A DNA stretch of 13,158 nt from Trichoplax adhaerens (Eukaryota; Animalia; Placozoa). How positions within the stretch are numbered: position 1 is the stretch's first letter; the number at the start of each line of letters is the position of its first letter. Both the position numbers and the translations under genes were made by a program. The notes under the pieces were generated by a model, which saw only the letters and a list, made by a program, of their open reading frames with translations, ran no database searches and was not told the DNA's origin. Shown here in pieces: positions 1 through 10,819 of this stretch. The stretch lies in assembly GCF_000150275.1 (NCBI RefSeq), contig NW_002061069.1, positions 1-13,158 on the forward strand. The letters are read 5' to 3'.

Positions 1-191
1 CTCAGCTTATGCTAGATGTTGAGTTCACGCAATTAATTATTTCTAAATGGATATTTAAATCAATATATTCCATTTTCAATTCGTAGATTTTAATAATTAA
101 TTTAACCTATAAAACGTTTTATCACCGGTAATATAGCATTGAAGTACCTATATCCTTCTAATTTAAATTGTCCTTCATCTATTAACTATAG

Positions 192-1246
192 ACATTCGAC
201 ACGTGAATACTTATGTTGCGTTGCGCCATCCTCAGTAATTGTATGCAGACCAAATCCGAATCAATTTAGCCTATCTACGTGCTATAATATTTTGGCGCAT
301 GATTTATTGCGTGTATTTATCTGGGTAATTGGTATAATTTCAGTCGTTGGTAACACAGTTTCTATAAGGTGGCATTCTCAAAAAAAATCTTCTAAAAAAC
401 TTGGAATAGTAGAAATGTTATTAATTAACTTATCGGCTGCGGATTTTATCATGGGTATCTACCTAATTATCATAGCATCAGCCAATGTATATTATGCAAA
501 CCGTTATTATGAAATTTTTCAAGAATGGCTACGTAGTGTACCATGTCTAACGGCCTCGTTTTGTATCTCATTATCGAGCTTAATGTCGACATTTGTGCTC
601 TTTCTAATAACTCTTGATCGTTATCTGCACCTAGTTTATCCTTTTCAAAATTATCGCTTATCTACTAAAACTACTATTTTAGCATTGGTAGTTCTTTGGT
701 TAATATCAATCGCATTTGTTGGATTACCAATTCTTTATAGTATTAATCAACCGTCAATTAATCGTCTATATTCTAGCAATAGTGCATGCTTACCTGGTAA
801 TTTTAATAACCCATATTTATTAACATGGCTATTATGTTATGCTGGATTAACCTTAATCGTTTGGATTTTTATTGCAATCATGTATGCCGCAATTCTATCG
901 ACATTAGCAAATTCACGTAAAGAAGCTCATAGACGTTTATCAAAGAATGATAAAATTATTCGCGCTAAATTGATTACTATTGTAGCAACGGATTTAATAT
1001 GTTGGCTACCATTATATATAGTATTAATTCGAGGTTTTGGTTATGGATTAGACACGCATTCACTACCATTTATCGCTGTGTTATCATTGCCACTAAATTC
1101 ATGTATTAATCCGATCATTTATACGCTCTTTACAACTACATTTATCGATTACATTAACTTAGCTATTGGAAAGTTAAATTGCTGTTCATGTTTAGCATTC
1201 TTTCGATCAATTCGTAAGTCAAGTCAAGGTAGTCAACTACAAGGGA
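192..1246 (+). CDS. Large exon of a class A leucine-rich-repeat GPCR (LGR; RXFP/GRL101-like): Cys-rich hinge plus 7TM domain. Gene is 5'-partial; the LRR exons are probably upstream of the window
   Basis: Translation shows the LGR hinge (YLCCVAP...C.P.PNQFSLSTCYNIL), TM1 LRVFIWVIGIISVVGN, TM2 NLSAADFIMGIYL, TM3 ITLDRY, ECL2 YSSNSACLP, TM6 IVATDLICWLP and TM7 LPLNSCINPIIY (NPxxY). Acceptor 'attaactatag' ends at 191 (phase 2, typical of LRR-exon junctions). Donor 'GGGA|gtaagt' at 1247 (phase 1). The ORF-track TTG start at 139 is probably intronic. Confidence 0.93.
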
Positions 1247-1437
1247 GTAAGTTAAGACCTATTTCTAAATTAAAGTGATTAATATACTCTGACACCTTAT
1301 TAAATGAGAGTTCTATAACCGTTAAGTAGTAACATATATCTTAACAACAAGTAAGCAGTACATAACGATTATATTTACGCGTTGTTTCGATGATGTGTAT
1401 GCTTTATTTAAATAACACAAAGGCAATTTCCATCTAG

Positions 1438-1505
1438 ATATTTATACCGGCTCGATTCATCCATCACTTGTCATTGCACTCTCCAGTAACCCTGAACTAT
1501 CTAAG
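1438..1505 (+). CDS. Linker exon after TM7 / C-tail (NIYTGSIHPSLVIALSSNPELSK)
   Basis: Acceptor 'tttccatctag' ends at 1437 and donor 'AAG|gtaat' begins at 1506. The exon is 68 nt, phase 1 in and phase 0 out, open, and in frame with the 1246 donor. Confidence 0.72.
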
Positions 1506-1589
1506 GTAATCCTTTTTATAAGATTTGTTATCTTTATTGAAAATTATCAACTATCTTGGCTTGGCAGGGCTAATTTTAAAATCTTTCAG

Positions 1590-1610
1590 CAATATCCAAC
1601 ACAATCATAA
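1590..1610 (+). CDS. Possible alternative terminal mini-exon (QYPTQS*) giving a receptor without the kinase-like domain
   Basis: A good acceptor 'atctttcag' ends at 1589, giving an 84-nt intron from the 1505 donor. In phase 0 it reads CAA TAT CCA ACA CAA TCA TAA. Confidence 0.3.
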   Translation, partial: QYPTQS

Positions 1611-2091
1611 ACTTCTTATGTCCAATACTCGCTTTAACTATTGCACAACCTAAACTGGATCAATAGCATTTACTTTACGTTACTCCGTATAATGACTATT
1701 GTTAGATCGAAAGTATCGTTATGATATTCTTGCAATGAGCGAAACAAGTGCATAAGGCGATTGCATGGCATAACTAGGTCTTTTTTATGACGTAAATTCT
1801 AGAGTACACTATAATAATATTTAAGGGAGATGCAATTTCACCAGTAAGAAATAGTTTCTTATAAATTAATTAATTAATGAATTATAAATCCAATTAGTCT
1901 AATGTTTACGTGGCTAGCACAATAGCTAAAATCACTAAAATTACGTTATATTTTGCTAAGATTTTTAAACGGTATAGACATATCATTTATTTACTGTGAT
2001 AAATATTATCTATCACCGGTAGTACAGAACAGCATGTAAGCTGTGATTCGCGTAAAGCTCTTACGAATATTTAACTTTGCTTTGATACAAG

Positions 2092-2321
2092 GTTTACATT
2101 AAAGTCGAATTACCTCATAATTATGGAGTGAATAATTTGGGGTGGCTGCAGCTTTATAACGCAAAAGATAACTTACCTTGGGAAAAAGAGATATCATTTT
2201 ATACATACATCAAATCAAAAGACTGTAAATTAAAGAATGTTATGGGTTGTTTGTGGTACTGTAAAGGAAATGAATGTAGAATCGAAATAGATGGTGGCAA
2301 GAAGCTATTTGCGGATAAATT
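2092..2321 (+). CDS. Pseudokinase exon K1 (N-lobe: VYIKVELP...GWLQLY...WEKEISFY...KNVMGCLWYC)
   Basis: Acceptor 'tttgctttgatacaag' ends at 2091 (phase 0), with an in-frame TGA at 2083 just upstream. Donor 'TT|gtaggt' at 2322 (phase 2). EKEISF resembles the alphaC Glu and KNVMGCL resembles the HxNIVxL motif. Confidence 0.7.
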
Positions 2322-2407
2322 GTAGGTCGTGTTTTTTTAGCTTTCACAAGGTATGTACATTCTGTATTTATACAGGTATATTTACAAGATATATCCTTTT
2401 TTCGCAG

Positions 2408-2606
2408 TATAACTTGTTTTACAGCAGACGCCAATGACATTATGCTTCTGAGCAATTCCATCCGTTTGCAATCCGATTACCTGACATCACATCGGATTCT
2501 GCAAATTAGTATGAATATTATACAAGCAATTCAATCTTTGCACCTGAATAATATAGTCCATGGATCAATAAATACCGATGCTGTTATTCTACTTATTTCG
2601 CCGAAG
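2408..2606 (+). CDS. Pseudokinase exon K2 (alphaE and degenerate catalytic loop: ILQISMNIIQAIQSLHLNNIVHGSINTDAVILL)
   Basis: Acceptor 'ttttttcgcag' ends at 2407 (phase 2, matching K1; 86-nt intron). Donor 'AAG|gtacgt' at 2607. LHLNNIVHGSINTDAVIL aligns with the kinase consensus LHxxxIVHRDLKPxNIL. Confidence 0.82.
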
Positions 2607-3084
2607 GTACGTAATAGCATATTTAAAGACAGATATTCTAACGATAATACAACAATTCTGAAATATTTAAGTTCTATTAGTTTATTTTAACCATGCCTAT
2701 AATTTGTGCATGGTTTGCCTACAAAACTAATATCTTCATTGATTTACTTGAGTGTAGTCTATGCCAATGGTATTAATCAATATAAGAATGGGTCATTAAA
2801 TAATTCTTACTATGTTTAATCTACTTATAAAATAAATTTAGAATTAGAAATTTATAGATTCATGAATATCGCTTTCCTCTCAAATACAATGCAGAAATAC
2901 TGTATCGCTACTAAAAATTATTTGTAGTCAATAAATTTCAGAGAACAATTCTGGTCATTCGAATATCATGCTTATTACGAACTAGTCGAATTTCTATTAC
3001 TATTTATATCGGTACTATCTATCCTTTATCGAAAAGTTATGATATAACTGATAACTTATTACTTGTTTAAATTTATATATCTAG

Positions 3085-3333
3085 GAACCGATTACCGCCT
3101 TATTAGGCAAATTTTCAAATACGACGATATTTAAAAACGATCTTCATGAAAAGTACAGAAATCGATACCGTCAATTAATGAAAACAGATATTTCTGACTT
3201 TGCATTATTGTGCAATGAATTAAGTTCATACTGCCAAACGCAAATCGATCAAATTAATGAGAGCCAATTGCAACCAGATAAAGTGATGCAAGCTAGCGAA
3301 GGTATTGAATCTTGGAGATCAGTAAACGAAAAA
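3085..3333 (+). CDS. Pseudokinase exon K3 (ALLGKFS = degenerate DFG; KTDISDFALLCNEL = subdomain IX)
   Basis: Acceptor 'atatctag' ends at 3084 and donor 'AAA|gtaagt' begins at 3334. The exon is 249 nt, phase 0-0 and open. The motifs align with AKLGDFG and KSDVWSFGILLWEL. Confidence 0.82.
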
Positions 3334-3617
3334 GTAAGTATCTACTTTAATAAACTGCATTAACTGTACGTAGTTGACTTCTAGCGACAAGTGCTTAGCG
3401 AAGCAGTAATGATATAACTAAACTTTGAGTAACACAAGCATATTGTAAGGTAGTAAAACAGCAATTACTGTCGTAAACTGTTATATTATACTCGTATGTC
3501 TGTGCATAACTAGCTGTATTGACATATAGTGATTGATGTAAATGCCAATGATATTACGAAACTATAATAGATTCTTTGATGTTCATTAATCTAGTAAAAC
3601 ATTTATCAAATTTTTAG

Positions 3618-3716
3618 TTACGTATTGTCAAAGATGCCATCGATGATCAATTACAGGAAAATAGAGAACCAAAGCAAATTTTAGCTGATCTATGGGCCAT
3701 TACTAGTGGTGACTAA
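3618..3716 (+). CDS. Terminal exon K4 (LRIVKDAIDDQLQENREPKQILADLWAITSGD*), kinase subdomain XI-like
   Basis: Acceptor 'tttttag' ends at 3617 (phase 0). 32 codons are followed by TAA at 3714-3716, with AATAAA about 60 nt downstream. Confidence 0.72.
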   Translation, partial: LRIVKDAIDDQLQENREPKQILADLWAITSGD

Positions 3717-3778
3717 AAGGATTTCATAGCCTACTCATCACTAAGTGTACCGAATAGTGTGAATTAATCATTCCCAAT

Positions 3779-3784
3779 AATAAA
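3779..3784 (+). promoter_or_regulatory. Candidate polyadenylation signal for the LGR-pseudokinase gene
   Basis: AATAAA begins 63 nt after the K4 stop. The motif is common in AT-rich DNA, so support is positional only. Confidence 0.4.
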
Positions 3785-4891
3785 TCCCTGATGACATAAT
3801 AGCCTGAAAATTAAAATAGAAAATCGAACTCAGTAAGAATGATGAAAGTAACTTGTAACTCGAGTTTGTGCTTTTTTTAAATATAGCTTTAATAATGAGA
3901 GTAGCTCATTAAATCTATATTATTATGGATATTTGACCAATGTCTGAATACACTGGTAGATTTCTGTTTCCGTAAACGGTTGTATTTATCATAGTAATTT
4001 TACTATAATAATTTTAGAAAGTAAGTACTGTCCTTTACCTTTCGGCTAGTACTGTTCAGTCAGCGTAGGATAAGGTTAGCGATGAATGACCTAGAGAACT
4101 CTGGTAACTTCCCGGATAAGTTCGTAATTTCCAAAAAACATAGAAATGACTGTATTGCTTGCGAGTAATTTTTTGCTGCCTTAATTAATTTCAAGAGTCT
4201 ATGATAGGAACATTTAATTACATTTATCGTCTGGTACCTGATAAATACATATCCCAGTAATAATATAAAGTTAGCATTAACATACGTGTAAAGGCACTGA
4301 AACCAATTTAAATCGTGATTCTCTTGCTAATAAACTTCGTTCTTTCAATCTTGAAGCTCTCATATAAAAATTTTACGTGTGTAATGTTCTCGTCTCCTTC
4401 TTAAACCTAGTCTACCGGTAAAATTTAAACTAGTGCACATCAATAAAATCTTTATATGCTTCTGTTGTGCTTTTAGTGACTTTGATGCCACCTATCGAGG
4501 CATCTTGTATTCTCACTTAAGGCTACAACTATCGTTTCTAAAACTGTCCATTGACAGTACTCGACTATTCTAACGTCTAAATGTAATATCCTTGATACCG
4601 CTAGTCCACTCAGATCTTTACTGCAAATTTTATGCTTTGGTGAATATGCTATTGCTGCAAACCGAAAGTTGTGCACAGGCAAAATATAACTATTATAGAA
4701 CTCTACAACTACGAACCTTCTGTCGGGGTTATCCTCCCTGACACTATAACTTTAAATTCGGGCGATCTGCTATCGATAGGAGGAACAACAGCGCCACTAG
4801 TCTCTCGTTAGACAAAGCTGAGGCCAAGCATTATTGAAAAAGTCAGCCAATTTATAGTAAATCTACATAAATATTAATTGTCAGTTTGTAG

Positions 4892-5479
4892 TGTCACAAC
4901 CCTCACTTGTGGCAAAGGAAAGTAAAGAACTCTAGTGTAGTTACTTAAAACTTGGGCTATTTCTCCCAGTACTTTCAGTTTCTATGAGAGAAGTATTTGA
5001 GAACTCGATTTCTCGGCTGATCTCCACAGACAACTGACTAATTATTACACTATTCTTCACGATATGAGTCTTGCCGTTTCTTGAGCAATTACTTACTTTA
5101 TTCTACAAACACACGCGCTTAAATAGGTTTCTACAGTGAATTCCAATATTAACGAGTGAGAATTCATGCTTTACAAGTTACATTAATTAGTATAATACCA
5201 TTACTAAATATACATGTCGATATTCTCAGACTTAGATAGCTACAAGCTATCAGGTGTTAAGACGCTTAACCTTCGTCCATATACAGCTCAATTTTTAGAG
5301 ATTAATACACCTTATAAACCTACAGTAAATTAACTGCTAACAACTTCTATTTTTATCTCACTTCTACCATCCTATTATCAGCTACAAGCGCATTAAAACA
5401 TAGCACATAACCTTATCTTATCTATTCATAAGCATTCATTAATTTACAGTTACTTAATTAGTAACGGCGTACCGTGACA
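4892..5479 (-). mobile_element. Solo LTR (588 bp) of an LTR retrotransposon
   Basis: Termini TGTCAC...GTGACA form a perfect 6-bp inverted repeat (TG..CA). A perfect 5-bp TSD TGTAG flanks it (4887-4891 and 5480-5484). On the minus strand a TATA-like TATTTAA (5125-5119) precedes AATAAA (5102-5097). Confidence 0.8.
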
Positions 5480-5824
5480 TGTAGATATTACAAAACTAAG
5501 CAATTGTCTATTAAAAGCATGTAAAACGTCATAGATAATTTCAATATGAACACATTTCTAGATAAGTTATCTTACAGAACCTAAGTTACAACAGCTACAC
5601 AAAAGTAACTTTAATAGTTGCTAGTGGATAGAATGATTTACAATCAGTTGCCCTATGATATCCTATCTAGTAAATAAGATTTTATAACTGTCAGGGAGTG
5701 ATGTCTGTGAAGCTATATTGATTTTGTTAATAATTAAATAATTGTTTACCAGCATTAGTTAGTTATCTGGTGCTTTAAGAATTGTAATAAGTAATGAAGT
5801 GTTAATTGCAATTAGAGCCTACAA

Positions 5825-6321
5825 TGTTGTGAAACGGTATTATCGTGCTTATGTGTCACATCATTAGCAGTTGTTAATTAATTAATTGCAATTAAGGTTG
5901 TTTACAAATATTAACCTCTAGTGAACTATATAATTTATTGTTAAATAATTTCTCATACTAATGTATGTAAATCTCGTATAGCGATATTGCACCATTGTTT
6001 ATATGTGCACCACTTATCAGCGCCGAAAACTATAAAAGCTTGAGCAGTTCTGCTGGTAATCAGTTAGTTCCTCAGCTCTTGTTGTATAAGCAAGTATCTG
6101 CTTTACCTTAATAAACTTAATGTACAATTTTTATTCGAGTAACTTTATACTTGTGTGGTTGTATCTTAGAATAGATCTCCACAACGAAAGAGGTATACTT
6201 ATTCTAGTAGAATTGTATCGTTCGCAGTGTTACTCAAACAGTAATAAGAGGAATACCGCGACAATAACACCTATAATAAAGCTTATTTCAGGGCCCTAGC
6301 TCTAGTGATCTTTCTGTGACA
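5825..6321 (+). mobile_element. Probable solo LTR (~497 bp) with a degenerate TSD
   Basis: Starts TGTTGTG and ends TGTGACA. TATAAAA at 6031-6037 is followed by AATAAA at 6110-6115. The flanks share only CAA (tacaa versus caaaa). Confidence 0.5.
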
Positions 6322-6654
6322 CAAAAAAACCTTACAAAAGGAGAATTGTAATGGAGTATTAATAGGATCTTTGTTTCTATCTTGATAATTTAAAAATTAG
6401 CCTGATCGTAATAGGTTAGATACATAAACTCTTTAACATAATGCTACGAAACAGAATTTCCCAATTGGTTTAGTATGCTTAATTTAGCGTGTATAATTTT
6501 TGGAAGCTATATATAGTGGTCTAATAATTAAAATACAAGCCCATATTTCAACTTGAAAGCAAACTGTAATAGTTGAGATTGGGTCTTAGATAATACAGCT
6601 AATGCAATGTGTTTATATCGAATTTTGTATACCACAAAGTAGTGGTGTATATGA

Positions 6655-7071
6655 TGTGATAAAATACCCGTTAATGTTTATGGTTTGCCATTCTACAAAG
6701 TTTTGCTATTGTTTTCTACGTATAGCTCCGGTGATAAAATCCGATCACGAAAATTCCAAAGTTGTAGAAAATTAGAACTTTATTAGATCAAATACAAAGA
6801 CTAGCTACACACAGCTCTACTCTAGCTGAATACAACTACTGAAAGACTTCTAGAAAGAACAATCAGATAATCTCCTGCTTTTATACTCTCCGCAGTCTTC
6901 GCATCTACAATCAGCGTAGCAGCATTCTACCTTATTTTGCACATAATCAGCTTATTATTAAGTATGTCTGCATGCTTATTTGATGACTAAATGGAGACAT
7001 CTATTTCTGCTTTGAAACTATCATCTTTGAGTTTAGTCTTAGATAGCTGTCCCAATTTATACATTGCGACA
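6655..7071 (-). mobile_element. Possible solo LTR remnant; left boundary uncertain (6655 or ~6731)
   Basis: The minus strand begins TGTCGCA (7071), then shows TATAAAAGC (6885-6877) and AATAAA (6784-6779), and ends at TATCAC(A). No TSD was found. Confidence 0.35.
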
Positions 7072-8489
7072 AAAAAACGTAAAGTAATGTCTATTAGTAA
7101 CTACTGACTTAAATATTCTTTTACTACACATTAAATACAGTCAGCAAAGTATCGTAAAGATAGAGCTTTTGTTAGTATAGACGCATCTACAGCTTTTTCA
7201 CGTACACTACTAAACTCAAAATGTCCCCGTTTATATAGGAACCGTCTATCTTGCAAGTAACAAAAGTATTATTATTACTCCAGATAGATTGAAGCTGGAC
7301 CCATGGCAAAATAATAGAATATGATAATATTATTATAATTATCATTATTACATGAGAGAAATAAAAAGCAAATAAGATCGTCAAGAGAGATATCTCGAAC
7401 CGAGATATTCCTTATTACATAGACTTTTTATCAATAAATTTTTCCAAACACTGCAAATATGGATATTTTCCATATTATCCACTAATATACTATTCAATTA
7501 TCTTAACGGTAAGGTACCACCGCAATAATAGCACATTTAACACAATGAATATCCTGTTCCTAGACATAATGATAATTGATATTGTAGATATGTTACTATA
7601 ATCTACTTGTAAATTGTAGTAAGTATATGAGCATATTGTAAATAGGCAAAAAAAAAAAGAGACATAAACTCATTCTTTTCTATACATCTTCTGTTAGTCT
7701 GCGTTCTAGTAGACTTTGCTGCTGCGGTAGACGATTAGCGAATTTTCTACAAATTATAGTGAAGCTACTTGAATAGAGACGCTTAACGTTGCGATTACTT
7801 ATAGTGCTTACAGCAGCTATTCAATATTGGTAGAGCCGTAGAAGTTTTCATTGTGAAAGAAGATTTCTTGTGTTGCAATTGTGGTTGGAATACATGATCA
7901 TCGTAATTTTATTACTGACGTCTTGCTATTATTTCCACGAAATGTAAAGTATATTAACATATTCTTAATTATTGTACACCTATTGTGACAATTGACCTCA
8001 AATATAATTAGGTAATGTATAAAACTTAAATTTTGTTCTGTAAACATGTTAATATTATATAATAATCTACGGCATAGCTCACGATATGAATATAAGACTA
8101 TTAATATTCGACTCTAGATGTAATCTTACTAAAATATAATTAAATTTTACGTGGATCTATATCTCATTAAGAAGTATACTAGTATTTGAATTAGCTTTGA
8201 TTGTAATCGTTACTTTAAAAACACTGTGACAATAACCTTCCGCCAGCTGTAATATAATCTCAAGCATAGTCGTAAGTCACCGTAATGCCAATATCTTTAA
8301 AACTTTGACTTAGTCTTTTATCTGATTTCGATGGAATTAAATTAGAATTATAGCTATTATGGTCCTCTAATAATAAGAGTTGCACCTTGTTGTTCAGTTA
8401 TGTCTATGTTGAGATCACAACGTAACGCCACGTTGGTGAGAACTTACCCGTAATTGTTATATTGTTGTTGCGGAATAGCTTTACTGTAT

Positions 8490-9010
8490 TGTTGCGATGC
8501 TGTCATCGCATTTTTGCAGATTAGTTTATTACATTAGATGTTAATGGAAATCTGAATTAATTGTGTTTACGATGACGACGTTAACTGCTAGTCTTAACTT
8601 AGCACCAATATTGTTTTATTTACTTCAGCTTGAGATGTTATTCATAATTAATGTTGTTTTACAACTGGACTCTATGCTGAGTCATATTACAATTCATGCC
8701 TTGTTTCTCATACTAGTGTAAGTAAATGATATAAGACATGTTTCTCTGCATTACACCACCTACGTGTGGCGATCGTATATAAGGCCGAGCAGATGCTACA
8801 TCGCGGAGTTGCTATTTTATTGTTTTACGATAAGATCTATACTTTTCGGGTACTCTTAGAATAAAACTCATAAAGCTGAACAACCTTCCAGCCACTCATA
8901 GTACTTGTGAGTCTGTTGTTAGTCAAACTTACGGTATTTTCCTTAGTTAGTAGGAGCCCTGAAGCAGCTAGTAGCGAAGTTTAGACGATCACAAAACTGA
9001 GTTTGTGACA
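8490..9010 (+). mobile_element. Solo LTR (521 bp) of an LTR retrotransposon
   Basis: Starts TGTTGC and ends GTGACA (TG..CA). A perfect 5-bp TSD TGTAT flanks it (8485-8489 and 9011-9015). TATATAA at 8776-8782 and AATAAA at 8860-8865. Confidence 0.8.
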
Positions 9011-10819
9011 TGTATATATTGAGCTACATTTCTTGGAATATTAATTAGTAGATTTTGTATTAGAATTGCGTTTACGGTTATCCAAATTTATTTTAAAACT
9101 TTCTCTGAAAAATGAAACTGTTAATATAGTACAATTTGTCAATGTTTTCAACACGATGTCTTTCGTTAGTTTGAAATTTATTATTTTTCTTATAGTTTAT
9201 TTACGACAGTAACTTTAGGATTCAATTTCCACATCAGCTTAAATCATATTTCGTAATATTATTTTACAAATTATAGATGCAAAGCTTGTGAAAGTCAATA
9301 AAGCAATTTGGTAAAGCCTAACAAACAATGAGATATTGTTCTATAGTCTCCCAATCTTGAACTTGATTTCTTTGACCTTATACACTACTACAATTACTCC
9401 TTTCGTATAGAACTGTCTGCAAATACAAAGAACATAAGAGCAACATGAATATAACTGTATTCATTAAGATCCATTAGCTATAGTTACAATAAAATTTACT
9501 ATGCTAGATAACTGATCTGTATGAGACTAATTCAATAATGACATTATAATGTATTTTCAAATATTTCAATGATTGAATACTATAATAGAAATTGTCGAAA
9601 TCTGATGTATTAGTAAAATATAATTGTGATGACAGAATAAATTTCGTATTTAACGTCCACTGCAACCATTTGTAAACTCATGATTGAGATAGAATTAGCA
9701 CCTAAAAATGAGGCAAATAATTAATCTTGTTACTTTTCATAATGCGATAATTTCTAATATACTGTTAAAAGCTGTGATTTTGGAGCTACACTAGACAGTA
9801 TTAGTAAATTTTATTGTTATTATCTGTACTAGTGCCGTAATTAAAAAAGTAATGGGGGTTTAATGAATATCTTTCAAAACAAAAGTAAATTTGGTCTAGA
9901 CATTCGTATGGAGTATATCCGCTAATCAGGGATATAATACTCGCTCTGAGATATCGAACTTGATTGTTTATGGCTTGTTTTAGTCATGGAAACGATTCGT
10001 TGTTACTGCAAGCTGTTTATATATTCCTGTTCTGATACTCAAGATGAATGATAAACTCCATCATTAAATGGTAATAATCCGTTAAATAATTTAAAAGTTT
10101 TAATTTCATAAGCTTAAAGATGATTTTGCTTAATCTAGTGAAAAAGTGGCTAATATGATACAAGAGCTTACTGATCCGATTAAATCTATACACAATGATA
10201 ATCTTTTCATTATATTAAATATCATAATTTTAGTCTGGCAGAAAACTGGTTTAATAATTGATTATGATATAATGCAAGATGTAAGATATTTCTTCTGTCT
10301 AGATGTCGTAAGATTTACAATGACTGGAAGTCGAAAACAAATAAACAAAAGCATTATAATTAAGAACATTGAATTGTCTAAATTTTAGCTATTAAAAATG
10401 TTCTATTAATTTGAGGTTGTCATAATTTACGCTAGAGGGTATAAATATACAGCTACGCCGTTAAAATTTTCTCACTCAGTTTTCTTTAAGTGACTCGATC
10501 TTTCTGATCATCAGAATGGTAAAAATTATTCTGGAATACATACTCTTGTATTTGATTCTATGTTGCACATTAAATAGGCTTGCAGGTGGGATGATAACAT
10601 ATACGAATATATCCTTATGATTAATTACGTCTTTAACATCATATTTGTGTCCTTATAATTGTTAATAATTTTTACATGATATCATCTAGAAAACACCAAA
10701 GACTACTGATATTTTTGTTATAATTTCATATCACGTAACTTGATATACTATAAATATCAAGTCAATGTAGAATATATGTATAGTGTATAGATATACCAAG
10801 CTGTAATATCTTTTGGTAG

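Noticed and set aside
139-191. TTG-initiated N-terminus of the 379-aa ORF
   Set aside because: The locus is eukaryotic. This stretch is AT/pyrimidine-rich and ends in an AG acceptor at 190-191, and LGR homology starts after it, so it is probably intron.
2341-2350. Frame-compatible 10-nt micro-exon (ttag|ctttcacaag|gtatgt) with a second acceptor at 2375
   Set aside because: It would need 19- and 25-nt introns, which are too short. The single 86-nt intron 2322-2407 already keeps the frame.
2240-2461. Minus-strand 73-aa ORF, and its duplicate at 11728-12045
   Set aside because: It is the antisense shadow of the pseudokinase exons and intron. The two copies are frameshifted relative to each other by an intronic T insertion.
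4473-4682. Minus-strand 69-aa ORF
   Set aside because: Non-ATG start, no recognisable domain and no convincing splice context.
7390-7408. Small hairpin ATATCTCG-aac-CGAGATAT
   Set aside because: It is only an 8-bp stem with no partner terminus, so it is compatible with chance.
7690-8231. Additional TGTGACA ends (7984-7990, 8225-8231) suggesting more LTRs
   Set aside because: No matching 5' TG end with a TSD was found.
9970-10388. Candidate signal-peptide or first exon for gene 2 (MACFSHGNDSLLLQAVYIFLF*; ORF 10146-10388)
   Set aside because: The first candidate hits a stop before any donor site. The second lacks a convincing phase-1 donor, so the first exon could not be fixed.
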